The notes: generated by a model from the sequence alone, not told the origin. DNA of 64,000 nucleotides from Vicinamibacterales bacterium (GCA_965222905.1 OZ244976.1:6310815-6374814); one strand, 5' to 3'; shown: positions 9,988 to 22,395, counted from the stretch's first letter. Translations and numbers: made by a program.

Positions 9988-10453
9988 TCAGGCGGCATTT
10001 GCGGCACGTCGCTCCCAGAAGTCCTCGAAGCGTCCGCTGAGGATGCAGCAGCGCAGGGCGATGATGGCGTTGGCCCCGGCGACGGTCCAGCGCATGCCGG
10101 CGCGCTTGAGCCGTGCGCCGATCTGCTTGCATCCGGCCTCGACGACGCCCGACGAGACGCACAGGCCCCTGGCGCGGAACTGCGGATAGCGCATCCGGTG
10201 GCGGTTCCCGAACACGTAGTGAATGCACTTTCGCGCCTCGGGCGTGGTCTCGACGTGGATGCGCAGCGCGGCGACGACGGCGCACAGCCGGCCGGCGTCG
10301 AGTTCGTCACGCCGGTCCTTGGCCCACCGGTCGGCCAGGTCGGTCCCGGGACCGTAGATGGCCTTGGCGACGTCGCACAGGTGCTGCTTGGCGTGGTAGA
10401 TGTCAACGATCTCGATGGCGCCGGGAAACTGCTCGGCGGCGATGTTCCAGATC
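9988..10453 (-). pseudogene. ISKra4-family transposase, C-terminal part (split by RIT insertion)
   Basis: IWNIAAEQFPGAIEIVDIYHAKQHL...GVVEAGCKQIGARLKRAGMRWTVAGANAIIALRCCILSGRFEDFW. Continues exactly from ...VVIGDGAAWI at 13779. Confidence 0.85.
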
Positions 10454-10477
10454 ATATGTTGCGCGCAACATATGATC

Positions 10478-10560
10478 TGATATGTTGCGTTCGCCGTTAT
10501 GTTGCCTGGAGCCTGTAAGCCACTGTGAAATCAGGGCCCGACCTCGATCCTACGCAACAT
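10478..10560. repeat. RIT left terminal inverted repeat
   Basis: TGATATGTTGCGTTCGCCGTTATGTTGCCTG...TACGCAACAT pairs with the reverse complement of 13696-13778 with about ten mismatches. Confidence 0.85.
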
Positions 10561-10572
10561 TACGGATAGACC

Positions 10573-11452
10573 TCATAGCTTTCGCAGAAAGGCCATGACG
10601 CCGGCATCCCGCTTCCACGGCGGGGCGCCCTGTGGTTCCGCCTGATCGCAGAGCGCGATCGCTTTCGCCTTTGTCTCAAGGTCGATCTCGGCGTAGATGT
10701 TGGTCGTGTCGAGCTTGACGTGACCGAGCCACGCCCGAATCGTGTTCAGGTCCACTCCGGCGCGTAGCAGATGCGTGGCCGTGGTGTGGCGAATCACGTG
10801 CGGCCGCGCGCTCGGCGATCCGCTCCGCCAAGCCACTGGCCGTGCGGGGCCAGAGCGGACACTGGCGCAGCCTTCCGCCCTTGCCTCGTAGCGTCACAAG
10901 GGCGGCCGCCTTGCCTCCCTTGCTCAACTGCAGATCGCCGACCCGCACCTTGGCCGCTTCGTCCGCCCGGGCTCCCGTGTTGTACAAGAACAACAGCAGG
11001 ATGCTCTCGCGGCGGCCTTGGGGTGTGGCGCCGTCCGGTGCGGCGAGTAGCGCGTCGATCTCGGTCTTTTCCAAGTACGCGACCGGCTGCGGAGTCGCTT
11101 TCTTGAAGGGCAGAGCGCGGATCTGCGCGCACTATTCGACGTGAGCGGGACTGCGGCCGCCCACGAAGCGGGCGAACGCCCGGAGCGCGGTCAGCCGTTG
11201 GTTGCGGGTCTGCGGCGAGCAGCCGCGCCGGTCTTCCAGGTGTGCGAGGAATGCCAGCGCCAGCTCCGGGCTCAACTCGCGCACGACCAGCCGCTCGGCG
11301 GGCTTGCGCAGGCGGTCGGCCGCGAACGCGAGCAGCAGCTTGAAGGTGTCGCGATAGCTGAGTTGGGTGTTGCGGGCCAGATTGCGCTCGCTCACGAGGT
11401 ACTCCTCGAAGAAGCGGCGCAGCCAGGGGCCGAGCGTCTGGACATCAGGCAT
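10573..11452 (-). pseudogene. RIT third tyrosine recombinase (ritC-like), inactivated
   Basis: Starts MPDVQTLGPWLRRFFEEYL, overlapping the ritB-like stop (ATGCCTGA). In-frame TAG at 11132-11134 sits where ...PAHVE*CAQIRALPFKK reads through. A frame change and missing segment occur near 10810-10830 between LWPRTASGLAE and RPHVIRHTTATHLL. C-terminal catalytic region (HVKLDTTNIYAE) is retained. Confidence 0.8.
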
Positions 11453-12398
11453 GGGGCCCCCAGGTTCCGGTCTCGGCGTACCGCTCAAAGCGCAGCGAAG
11501 CCTCCCGCAGCAACTCCGGGGTGAGCGTGAGATAGACCTGGGTGCCGGCGACGCTCTCGTGCCCCAGATAGGTGGCCAGAACCGGTAGCAGGCGTTGCAC
11601 GTCGGCACCCTGTCGGTACCACGAGGTCAGGCGATGCGTGGCGAAGCTGTGTCGCAGATCATGCAGGCGCGGCTGGTAGCGCGCACCGTCCGCATTCCGC
11701 ACGCCGGCTTGGCGGCGCAAGGCGTCGAAGGCCTTGTGGACGGTTCTGGCCTTCAGCGGCGTCCCGTCGCGGTTGGCGAGAAAGGTCGCTTCGCCCTCGG
11801 GCGGAGCGGGGAACGCCGCTCGCGTCGCAGCGTACGCCTCCAGTGCTTGCGCGAGGGGCCGTCCGACCGGCACGAGGCGGCTCTTGTAGAACTTCGTCCC
11901 GCGCACGGTGATCAGCGCGCGGGGCAGATCGACGTCCGCCAGCGCGAGCCGCCGGGCTTCGCCGTGCCGCAAGCCGGCTCCATAGAGCAACAGCAGCAGC
12001 GCACGGAACGTGGGCGCATCCAACTGCACCGCGCGGCGGCGGCACGGCTCCACGGCCGCGAACAGGCGGTGCAGGTCGTCTGGTGAGTAGATGTAGGGAG
12101 GTGCGGATGCAGGTTCCTTCGGTTCGTCCGCAGGCAGCGGCGAGCAAGCCGCGAGGCCGCGCCCGAGCGCGTAGCGGTAAAAGCCGTTCAGCGCCGAACG
12201 CTTGACGGCCCGGGTGCGGGTGAGGGGGCCGGTGCCGGCCAGAAAGGCGCTCGCCTGGTCGGGGCGGACGGCGTCGCACTCGATGTCGCCGCCCACGCTG
12301 CGGGCGTAAAGGCGCAGGACGCTCGCTCCGGATTGGAAGCGCGCGCCACGCGCGCGGCGCCACGCGACGTATTGTTCCATGGCGGCTTGGAGCATCAT
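11445..12398 (-). CDS. RIT second tyrosine recombinase (ritB-like)
   Basis: Start ATGATG at 12398 overlaps the ritA-like TGA. Product MMLQAAMEQYVAWRR...LLLLYGAGLRHGEA...LHDLRHSFATH...LATYLGHESVAGTQVYL carries the R..HxxR..Y integrase motifs. The 659-aa ORF 11445..13424 is an artefactual upstream extension. Confidence 0.85.
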   Translation of the reverse strand: MMLQAAMEQYVAWRRARGARFQSGASVLRLYARSVGGDIECDAVRPDQASAFLAGTGPLTRTRAVKRSALNGFYRYALGRGLAACSPLPADEPKEPASAPPYIYSPDDLHRLFAAVEPCRRRAVQLDAPTFRALLLLLYGAGLRHGEARRLALADVDLPRALITVRGTKFYKSRLVPVGRPLAQALEAYAATRAAFPAPPEGEATFLANRDGTPLKARTVHKAFDALRRQAGVRNADGARYQPRLHDLRHSFATHRLTSWYRQGADVQRLLPVLATYLGHESVAGTQVYLTLTPELLREASLRFERYAETGTWGPHA

Positions 12399-13645
12399 GC
12401 CAACCCCTCCATCTCGAAGTCGGCCACCTCGCGCAACGCGGCCAGGTGAACCCGGGCATACACCGCCGTCGAGGCCGGACTGCGGTGCCCGAGGTGGTCC
12501 CCGACGGCCTTCATCGACAGGCCGCGGTCCAGAAGATGCTGGGCGCAGGCATGACGTAGCGCGTGCGGGCCCCGCTTCGGGGCGTCGATCCCCAAGCGCA
12601 GCAAGCGCCGGCTGATCACGCCCCACAGCGCCACGGCGCTGAGCGGGCGGATCGGGGCTTGGAGCGTGAGGAAGCTCGCGCGCTCGGCCCGGCGGGGGCG
12701 GCTTTCCTGCAAGTAGTGCAGCAGCGCCTCCCCCACGAGTCTGGACAACGGATACAGGTGCGTCCGGCCCGGCTTCGGGCGGCGGACGCGGAGCGTCTCC
12801 TCCTCCCAGTCGATATCGTCCAGCCGCAGGCCGCTGACTTCGCCGGCACGCAGGCCGTAGACCGCCAGCAGCAGCAGCGCGGCGCGGTCGCGCCGGTCCG
12901 CAGGCCGCTCGCTCTCGGTCGAGGCCAGCAACCGCTGGACATCGTCCCAGGCCAGCGCGGCCGGGACGGTCTCCCCTGCGGAAAGGCGAGGCGGCGCGAC
13001 CGCCTCGGCCAAGCCCGGCGCGCACCAGCCCCGGGCTTCCGCATAGCGGAAGAACGCGCGCAGACTCTTCAAGTACGCGTGGAGAGAGTGCCGACCGCAG
13101 CCACCTTGTTCGCTCTTGGCCACCACGGCTCGATCCAGGTCGGCGATCGTGAGCGTTTCCAGAGGGAGATTCCAAGCGTGGAACCGGTCGAGGAAATCGC
13201 TCGCCACATGGCACCGGCTGCGGATCGTCGACTCGGCCAAGCCGCGTTCCCGCCGCATCCAATCCGCGAAATCCGAGACTTGCACGGCGGCCGGCCGGGG
13301 TGACCGCTCTCCGCTGTCCAAGCGGCCTGTGAAGCGCAGCCAGCGAACCGCCTCCGCGAGGAAGGCCGCGACGGCGGCGGGCCGGGCCGTCCGGCCGGAG
13401 CGCCGCGGGCGCGGCTGCGCCCACCGCTCGGCGGCAACTTCCAGTTGCTCGCCACGGATGGGACGATCCTCCCGCACATCCAGCAGGCGGACGAGCGCCA
13501 ACTGGCGGTTTGCTACTGCCCGGAGGGTCGCAGGGCGGGTTCCCGACCCGGCCAAGTGAACGAGATAACGCAGGCGGTCTCGTGCGAGGGGAGCGGCGCG
13601 GTAGTGCTCAATCACGCCGGGGTATCGGAAAAGCTGTTCGAACAT
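12395..13645 (-). CDS. RIT first tyrosine recombinase (ritA-like)
   Basis: 416 aa; LLLLAVYGLRAGEVSGLRLDDID...PHALRHACAQHLL...VGDHLGHRSPASTAVYARV (R, HxxR, H, Y catalytic set). Confidence 0.87.
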   Translation of the reverse strand: MFEQLFRYPGVIEHYRAAPLARDRLRYLVHLAGSGTRPATLRAVANRQLALVRLLDVREDRPIRGEQLEVAAERWAQPRPRRSGRTARPAAVAAFLAEAVRWLRFTGRLDSGERSPRPAAVQVSDFADWMRRERGLAESTIRSRCHVASDFLDRFHAWNLPLETLTIADLDRAVVAKSEQGGCGRHSLHAYLKSLRAFFRYAEARGWCAPGLAEAVAPPRLSAGETVPAALAWDDVQRLLASTESERPADRRDRAALLLLAVYGLRAGEVSGLRLDDIDWEEETLRVRRPKPGRTHLYPLSRLVGEALLHYLQESRPRRAERASFLTLQAPIRPLSAVALWGVISRRLLRLGIDAPKRGPHALRHACAQHLLDRGLSMKAVGDHLGHRSPASTAVYARVHLAALREVADFEMEGLA

Positions 13646-13695
13646 GTTCGGATCTCCTTCCTGAAGGGAATACGAACATGACCGGCGGAATTATT

Positions 13696-13778
13696 ATGTT
13701 GCGTAAAATCGAGGTCAGGCCCTGACTTCACAGGGGCGTGCGGGCTTCAGGCAACATAACGGCGAACGCAACATATCA
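13696..13778. repeat. RIT right terminal inverted repeat
   Basis: ATGTTGCGTAAAATCGAGG...CAGGCAACATAACGGCGAACGCAACATATCA is the reverse complement of the left IR. Confidence 0.85.
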
Positions 13779-14857
13779 GATCCACGCGGCGCCGTCGCCG
13801 ATGACGACGCGCTGGGCTGCGGTGTCGAAACCGCGCCGTATTGCCTCGCGATAGGCCCGTTGTGCGAAGGCGGCCGGCTGCGAGTCGGTGTCGCGGCTGG
13901 CCGCGCTCTCGACTGCGGCGTTGTAGCTGACTGACCCGAGGTCGCGCACGGGCCGGCCCGCTTTGTCGCGCCCTTCGGCCGTCCACACGGTGGCCAGCTT
14001 GACCTCGCGGGTCTTGGCCGAACCGTCGGGCTGCTTGCCGCGACGGCCTTCGACCTCGGCGGGGCGCACCGGCACGCCGCTGCCGTCCAACCCCAGGTAC
14101 ATCGTCGGCGCGGGGCTGGGGACGGTTTCTGCCACAGCGCGTTCGTCGGCGGCGACCTCACGTCCCAGGGCTTCGGCGCAGCGCTCGACCTGCTTGGTCT
14201 CGACGCGCACCGCGGCCAGTTCCCACAACAGGTCGCTGGCCGCGGCGAAGCTGAAGTCCGAGGCCGCCAGCCCCACCATCCGCAGCACGCCGGGCGACAG
14301 CGACGTGGCGTGCATACCCAGGGCCCGGTCGCGCGGACACACCCCCGTACGGCAGGCGTCGCAATGGTAGTAGGCCCGTTCCAGCGTCAGCGGCCCGAGC
14401 AGCGTGGTGAAGGTCTTTGGGCGGCGGCCGGCGTAGCGCGCCTTTCCGCCGCAGGCGCACGCGACGGTCGAATCCGAATGGTCGGCATCGTCCGCGTTGC
14501 AGTACTGCGCCAGCGCCTGCGCGGCAAGGTCGAGGGCTCGACGACGCAGTGCCTGCTCGAGGGCCTCGAAGTCCTGCGCGTCACCCCGGCGTGGTCCGAG
14601 CAGCGCAGCAACCTCAGCCGCAAACGCGGCTACGAACGCGGCGCCGAAATCGTCTTCACGGCTTGGCTCGCCGTGGCGAGCGCTCGACGGTGAACGGTCT
14701 GCAAGAGGGTCTCGAAGTCCTGCGCATTCGCGTTCCCCCGTCTGAGGAACGCCTCGACATCGGCCTTGACCGCTGCCTCCAACGCCGCGAACATCTCCTC
14801 CAAGCCCCCTTTTTCGGCCGCGTGATCGAGCGGTTCAGTCAACTGCGCCTCGGGCAT
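13779..14857 (-). pseudogene. ISKra4-family transposase, N-terminal part
   Basis: ...CACGGKARYAGRRPKTFTTLLGPLTLERAYYHCDACRTGVCPRDRALGM...VVIGDGAAWI. The N-terminal ~75 codons (from ATG 14857) are in a different frame and look like a diverged duplicate of the next segment. Confidence 0.75.
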
Positions 14858-14961
14858 GGTCGGAGTCCTCCCTACCCAAGGAATCGGCCGATCGGCGCTC
14901 GCTCAATACCCCCGTACGGCAAAGCCTCACTTTCGTGTCGTGCACCCCGCCAGACGGACCT

Positions 14962-15579
14962 TCAGGGCGGCCCGCCCCGCGAGACGGCCGGGCAATCGAC
15001 CACGTAGCCGCGCCACGGCCGCCCGGTCCCGACCGTGATCCCGATGCGCGGTCCCCAGCGAACCTCCCCGCATTGCAGGCCGCGATCCTCGATGCGCAGA
15101 CGGTCTCCGCACAGATCGACGCGATTCTGCCGCAGGGTGACCCCGAGCGCCCGCGTGAGATTGCCCGGCCCGCGGCAGAGCGCCTCGTCGGCCGGCGGCT
15201 CCGCGCCCCGGCGTCGGGGCCACCGGCGGCGGCGCATCGCGTCGAGGCCATCCAGGGGGCTGAGCGCGCGAATGAGAACCGCGGCGGGGAAACCCGCCGG
15301 TCCCGTCACCGCGTTCAGCAGGTAGTGGATCCCGTAGTTGAGATAGACGTAGGCGCAGCCGGGCGGCCCGTAGAGCGGCGCGTTGCGCGGCGTCAGGCCG
15401 GCCGCCGCGTGACACGCCGGATCGTCCTCTCCGCCGTACGCCTCGACCTCGACGATCGCGCCGGCCGTGACGCCGCCGCCCCGGCCACGGTGCACCACCA
15501 CCTTGCCGAGCAGCGTGCGGGCCACCTCGAGCGGCGGCGCGCGGTAGAACGATCGGGGCAGGCGGTCCGCGTCGCCCAC
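14962..15579 (-). CDS. mpg: DNA-3-methyladenine glycosylase (Mpg/AAG family)
   Basis: From GTG 15579: FYRAPPLEVARTLLGKVVVH...IVEVEAYGGEDDPACHAAAGLTPRNAPLYGPPGCAYVYLNYGIHYLLNAV. It is the tail of the fused ORF 14962..18600. Confidence 0.85.
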   Translation of the reverse strand: MGDADRLPRSFYRAPPLEVARTLLGKVVVHRGRGGGVTAGAIVEVEAYGGEDDPACHAAAGLTPRNAPLYGPPGCAYVYLNYGIHYLLNAVTGPAGFPAAVLIRALSPLDGLDAMRRRRWPRRRGAEPPADEALCRGPGNLTRALGVTLRQNRVDLCGDRLRIEDRGLQCGEVRWGPRIGITVGTGRPWRGYVVDCPAVSRGGPP

Positions 15580-15590
15580 GAATCGTCCCG

Positions 15591-18458
<2,868 letters not shown>

Positions 18459-18713
18459 TGTGGCGGCCCCGCCGCAGCACACGCCGCTGTCCCCGGGGCT
18501 CTACGGACAGGACGACCGCCATGGCAAAGCCTTGCACGGTGACGGTAACAGGCCATTCTAGAGCCCTGCCGGCAGGCTGGCAACGACGCTCGCCTTCCAC
18601 ATCGCGTTCCGCGCCGTCGGCCCGGTGCTCGCGCGCCCTCGGCGAGGCCCGAAGCCACTGTGTTATGATAAATGATTGCGCGTGGCCGAGGTGCCGCGTG
18701 CCGCCCTCCAGTG

Positions 18714-18789
18714 GCCGGCGTAGCTCAGTTGGTAGAGCAGCTGATTCGTAATCAGCAGGTCAGCGGTTCGAGTCCGCTCGCCGGCTCCA
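18714..18789 (+). tRNA. tRNA-Thr (anticodon CGT)
   Basis: Hand-folded cloverleaf: acceptor GCCGGCG/CGCCGGC, D arm GCTC-AGTTGGTA-GAGC, anticodon stem GCTGA/TCAGC with loop TTCGTAA, T arm AGCGG-TTCGAGT-CCGCT, encoded CCA. Confidence 0.9.
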
Positions 18790-19074
18790 ATAGAATCAAT
18801 AACTTACAGCGATTTGGCGGGATAGGCAATTGCGGCTGTGTCGGCACTATGTGGGCAAATCGCCCGCTTAAGCCCGCAAGAGCCAGCACCGCCCGGCAAC
18901 ATCGTGAACGCCCGCGACCGACGCCACCGTCGAGCCGCCTTGGCGGGGGTTGCCTCCCTTTCGACCGCGTCTAGCCGTCCCCCATCTTCTCATCGGCCGC
19001 GCCCCAGACGTACGCCGTCCGCCGCCATACGGCTCAGTCCTGGTACCAGTCGGCACTGTATACCGGCTGGAGTC

Positions 19075-19708
19075 GCCGAACCTGGCCGCGGGCAGCTTCC
19101 GGGCGGGCCGCTCGACCAGCTCGAGCAGCGCGCTGTCGGTCAGCCGGTCGCGGCCGAGCACCCGCGCGGCGTAGCGCTCGTCGTCGCCGTAGAACCGGAT
19201 CTGGATGCTGGTGGCTTTCTCGACCACGTGGTTGTTGGTCAGGATCAGGCCGTCGTCGTCGATGACCAACCCGGTGCCGGTCGCCGCCAGCGGCGTGCGT
19301 TCCTGCTCGTCCTGGTCCTCGTTACGCTCGCCCGACCGATTCCGGTCGAACCCCGGGGGCTGTCCGAAGAAGCGGCGGAAGTCCTCGCCACCGAAGGACT
19401 CCTCGCCGCGGCGGAAGAACTCCTTCCTGGCAACCTGCGGCCGCGGCTGCTCGGTCCAGATGGTGACGACCATCGCGGTCTGCGCCGCGGCGGTGTCCCG
19501 GAACGTTAGTCGCGGTCAGGTTGCCGCCGATCGGCGCGTTGTTCGACGTCCGCCTCTCTATGCCCTGCGCGGTCAGCGGAGGCGCCAGGTCCAAGTACGA
19601 CCCGACCGCCATGCCGACGAATACGGCCGCCACGGCGACGGCCGAAACGAATGTGGTTCTCGGCAGGTCGTCCGGGATGGTCCGAAGCAATCCGCGCGCG
19701 GATTGCAT
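19075..19708 (-). pseudogene. HtrA/DegP-family serine protease, frameshifted and C-terminally truncated
   Basis: N-terminus MQSARGLLR...TTFVSAVAVAAVFVGMAVG (signal/TM). Frame change near 19480 (..LTATN / FRDTAAAQTAMVV). Then GTGLVIDDDGLILTNNHVVEKA...RVLGRDRLTDSALLELV...ARFGDSS, after which homology stops; no Ser-box or PDZ. Confidence 0.75.
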
Positions 19709-20059
19709 ACCGAATGGGGTACGACCATGTCCGTGCCGATGCCGTCCGCCAAGAACTACAGTCTAGATGGCAGCATGCGTGGCTTCCGCCCCGAACTCCA
19801 CTAATCTGCTGCGTCGTGTTCGGGCTCTCCCGGATCGGCCACCTGGCGTTTTCGGGCGCGAGTGGACCGAGATCCCGCTGCGGCTCAAACGGGAGACGTT
19901 CACGCAGTTCTGCGGCGGAGTGCTGGCGGTCCGGTGCAGGTCCGACACCCCAGTTCAGCGGCGCGCGCGAGCAGCCTAGCAAGGGGTCCGGCTCGTTCAT
20001 CGCGCCGTCTCCCGCGTCACTTCGTAGATCGCGATCACGCCCGCCGCCTTGTGGGCTTC

Positions 20060-20124
20060 CACACGAATTCTGGCCGTTTGGCCAGTATTCGTGTGTTTTC
20101 GGATGTGGCCACAATTCGTGTGTT
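20060..20124. promoter_or_regulatory. putative operator repeats upstream of the XRE regulator
   Basis: CACACGAAT (20060-20068) is inverted relative to ATTCGTGTG. ATTCGTGTGTT occurs twice as a direct repeat (20087-20097, 20114-20124), about 45 bp upstream of the XRE start. Confidence 0.4.
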
Positions 20125-20166
20125 CGAGAACTCCGTCGTTCTTCCTCGCGTATCGTTGTCTCCTGG

Positions 20167-20418
20167 ATGCTCACCGAGCGACAGCTGGCCGTTCTTCGTG
20201 CCTCGCCGCCAACCAATCGTGTAGCCACCGCGATCTCCCTCGCGGGCGTCACCCAGGTAACGGTCGCGGCAGCGATCGGCCTGACGCAGGCCTACGTCAG
20301 CGACGTTGCTCGGGGACGGTACTCGACCATCACCGTTGCGAGCGCGCGGAAGTTCACCCGGTTCTTCGGCTGCTCGATCGACGACCTCTTCCCACCTCGC
20401 GATAAGGGGGTCGAGTGA
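20167..20418 (+). CDS. XRE/Cro-family helix-turn-helix regulator
   Basis: 83 aa from ATG 20167: ...ISLAGVTQVTVAAAIGLTQAYVSDVARGRYSTITVASARKFTRFFGCSIDDLF (HTH_3-like). Confidence 0.75.
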   Translation: MLTERQLAVLRASPPTNRVATAISLAGVTQVTVAAAIGLTQAYVSDVARGRYSTITVASARKFTRFFGCSIDDLFPPRDKGVE

Positions 20419-20519
20419 CACCTCGGCTTCCGGTGGATCTGCCTGTCCAAGCCTCCTCGCGTGTCCGTCGTGGTCGCTGGGATTGCCGAGATCCCGCGCA
20501 GATTCTAGGATCCCCATCC

Positions 20520-21485
20520 ATGAACAGATATCGAGCTCTGCTTCGCACCTCTCTTTTCTTCGGCACGGCGGTCTTCATCGTCGCTGCTCTCATCCTCGTG
20601 GATCGTCTCCCGACGACCGGTCCTGTCCATGCGCAAGCCTCCTGGCGCGGCCTCGTGGTCGCTCCGGAACAGCGGTGCGCTCCGTACGACGCTGACGACT
20701 ACCGGTATCCCCAGTCTGTGGAGGATCGGATCGTCGCCGAACTCGACGGGGTCTACGCTCCCTACACCGGGCGCTGGTTCGCCAGCGACACCGAGACGGA
20801 CATCGAGCACATGGTCGCTCGGTCCGAGGCACACGACAGTGGCCTGTGTGCCGTGGACTCAGCGACCAAGCGGCGGTTCGCTCCCGATCTGCTCAATCTC
20901 ACGCTGGCGGGACCCCAGGTGAACCGGTACCAGAAGGTCGACAACGACGCGGCGGAGTGGCTACCGCCCCAGAACCGCTGCTGGTTCGCGGCGCGGGTGA
21001 TCGCCGTCCGACAGCGATACGAGCTCACCATCGACAGACGGGAGACCGATGCCTTGGATCGGGTGCTCGCCGGCTGCGCCTCGACCGAGTTGGTCGTGTT
21101 CGCGCGCGGTGCCGCCCCGGCGTCGGCCCCGGCAGCCTCTGCGGCTGGCAGTTCCCAGGCGATCGCCGAATGGGACGACAACGGCAATGGGCGCATCAGC
21201 TGCGCCGAGGCGCGGGCGCACGGGATCGCTCCAGTGACGCGGGACCACCCCGCGTATCCGTTCATGCGGGACGGAGACGGAGACGGCGTGGTCTGCGAAT
21301 CTGGCAGCAGCCGTCCGCCCTCACCGCCTCCGGCAGCCCGCCCGGCACCCACCCGGACTGCTTGTGGTCCGTATCGCAATTGCACGGCGCTGAGGCGCGA
21401 TCATCCCAACGGCGTTCGCCGCGGCCATTGTGCGTACCAACGTCGCATGGACCGTGACAACGACGGCTGGGCTTGCGAACGGTAG
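20520..21485 (+). CDS. membrane-anchored DUF1524/HNH-type nuclease with two Excalibur domains
   Basis: From MNRYRALLRTSLFFGTAVFIVAALILV (TM). Core YDADDYRYP...ETDIEHMVARSEAHDSG...LNLTLAGPQVNRYQK resembles the GmrSD C-terminal/DUF1524 His-Me nuclease. Two DxDxDGxxCE motifs (DGDGDGVVCE, DRDNDGWACE) match the Excalibur Ca-binding domain. Confidence 0.7.
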   Translation: MNRYRALLRTSLFFGTAVFIVAALILVDRLPTTGPVHAQASWRGLVVAPEQRCAPYDADDYRYPQSVEDRIVAELDGVYAPYTGRWFASDTETDIEHMVARSEAHDSGLCAVDSATKRRFAPDLLNLTLAGPQVNRYQKVDNDAAEWLPPQNRCWFAARVIAVRQRYELTIDRRETDALDRVLAGCASTELVVFARGAAPASAPAASAAGSSQAIAEWDDNGNGRISCAEARAHGIAPVTRDHPAYPFMRDGDGDGVVCESGSSRPPSPPPAARPAPTRTACGPYRNCTALRRDHPNGVRRGHCAYQRRMDRDNDGWACER

Positions 21486-21519
21486 TCCGCGCGCGTCTCA
21501 GCAGCTGGGGGCAATAACT

Positions 21520-22395
21520 CCCCCCGGCCTTGAACTTCGTGCTTGAACTGAGCAGCCGGAACACGCCTGCATCGGCGAAGCGCGCCGCCTGCGCGGCGAC
21601 TTGGTGTGGCGCGTCCGCTTCAAGGATGACCGGTGGCTGTACGTCGTGCTGCTCCTGGAGTTCCAGTCCGCGGTCGACCGGTCGATGGCGGTCCGCATGC
21701 TGACGTACACGGCGCTGCTGTACCAGAAGCTGATCGCCGACGGCGTGCTGCGGGAGCGCTCCACCCTGCCGCCGGTGTTGCCGGTGGTGATCTAAAACGG
21801 CCAGCGGCCGTGGACGGCGCCGATGGATGTAGCGGAGCTGATCGCCTCCGGTCGCGGTGCGGCGTTGGCGCGGTATCAGCCGTCGCAGCGGTACTTCCTG
21901 CTGGACGAGGGCCGGGTCGGTGGTGCCGACCTCCCGTCGGGCAACCTGGTGTCGGCGTTGATCGCACTGGAGACGACTCGGGACCGGCTGCGTGCCCTGG
22001 AGTTGCTGGACGCGTTGACCGATCTGCTTCACAAGCAGGATGATGAGGAGCTGACTGCGGCGTTCAATGAATGGGTGGTGCAGGTGCTGTTGCCGCGGCG
22101 GTTCCGCGGGTCGGTGTCCGGGCCGCTGCCGCGGATCGAGGAGGTGCGCACGATGTTGGCCGAGACCGTTCAGGAGTGGACCGCCGAGTGGGTCGAGCAG
22201 GGTCGTGAAGAGGGGCAACGGGCGTTGCTGTGCCGTCTGGCGACGCGGAAGTTCGACACAGTTGCGGGCGAGCGGTTGGCCGCTGCGCTTGCCGGTGTTG
22301 CGGACCCGGACCGCTTGGCGCAGGTCGGCGACTGGATCATCGAGTGCGAGACGCCGACCGAGCTGTACGCTCGCCTCGACGATGGCTCGCTGTAG
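21520..22395 (+). pseudogene. Rpn-family (YhgA-like) recombination-promoting nuclease, inactivated
   Basis: GDLVWRVRFKDDRWLYVVLLLEFQSAVDRSMAVRMLTYTALLYQKL then PPVLPVVI-TAA-NGQRPWTAP (stop at 21793-21795 at the position expected to be the Tyr of a VxYNG motif, from recall). DUF4351-like tail GREEGQRALLCRLATRKFD. N-terminus missing or frameshifted before 21600. Confidence 0.75.

Larger units (their letters stand above)
10454..13778 (-). mobile_element. RIT (recombinase-in-trio) element, 3325 bp
   Basis: Three tandem, overlapping tyrosine recombinase genes bounded by ~83-bp imperfect terminal inverted repeats. Inserted at a GATC inside the ISKra4 transposase codons W-I-W-N; joining 13779 and 10453 restores GDGAAWIWNIAAEQ. 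Confidence 0.85.
9960..14946 (-). mobile_element. ISKra4-like insertion sequence (carrying a nested RIT element)
   Basis: Perfect 11-bp terminal inverted repeats GGTGCACGACA (9960-9970) and TGTCGTGCACC (14936-14946). Flanked by direct repeat CCGCCAGACGG (9949-9959 and 14947-14957). Sits between efp and mpg, 5 bp past the mpg stop. Confidence 0.8.

Noticed and set aside
11445-13424. 659-aa ORF suggesting one giant recombinase
   Set aside because: The upstream 340 codons overlap ritA in another frame and are Arg/Pro/Gly-rich. The genuine integrase starts at ATGATG 12398, overlapping the ritA stop.
19506-20252. 248-aa minus-strand ORF and 255-aa plus-strand ORF (19651..20418) in the degP-XRE intergenic region
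   Set aside because: Only the last 83 codons of the plus ORF (the XRE HTH, from ATG 20167) look genuine. The remainder is non-coding spacer containing the operator-like repeats.
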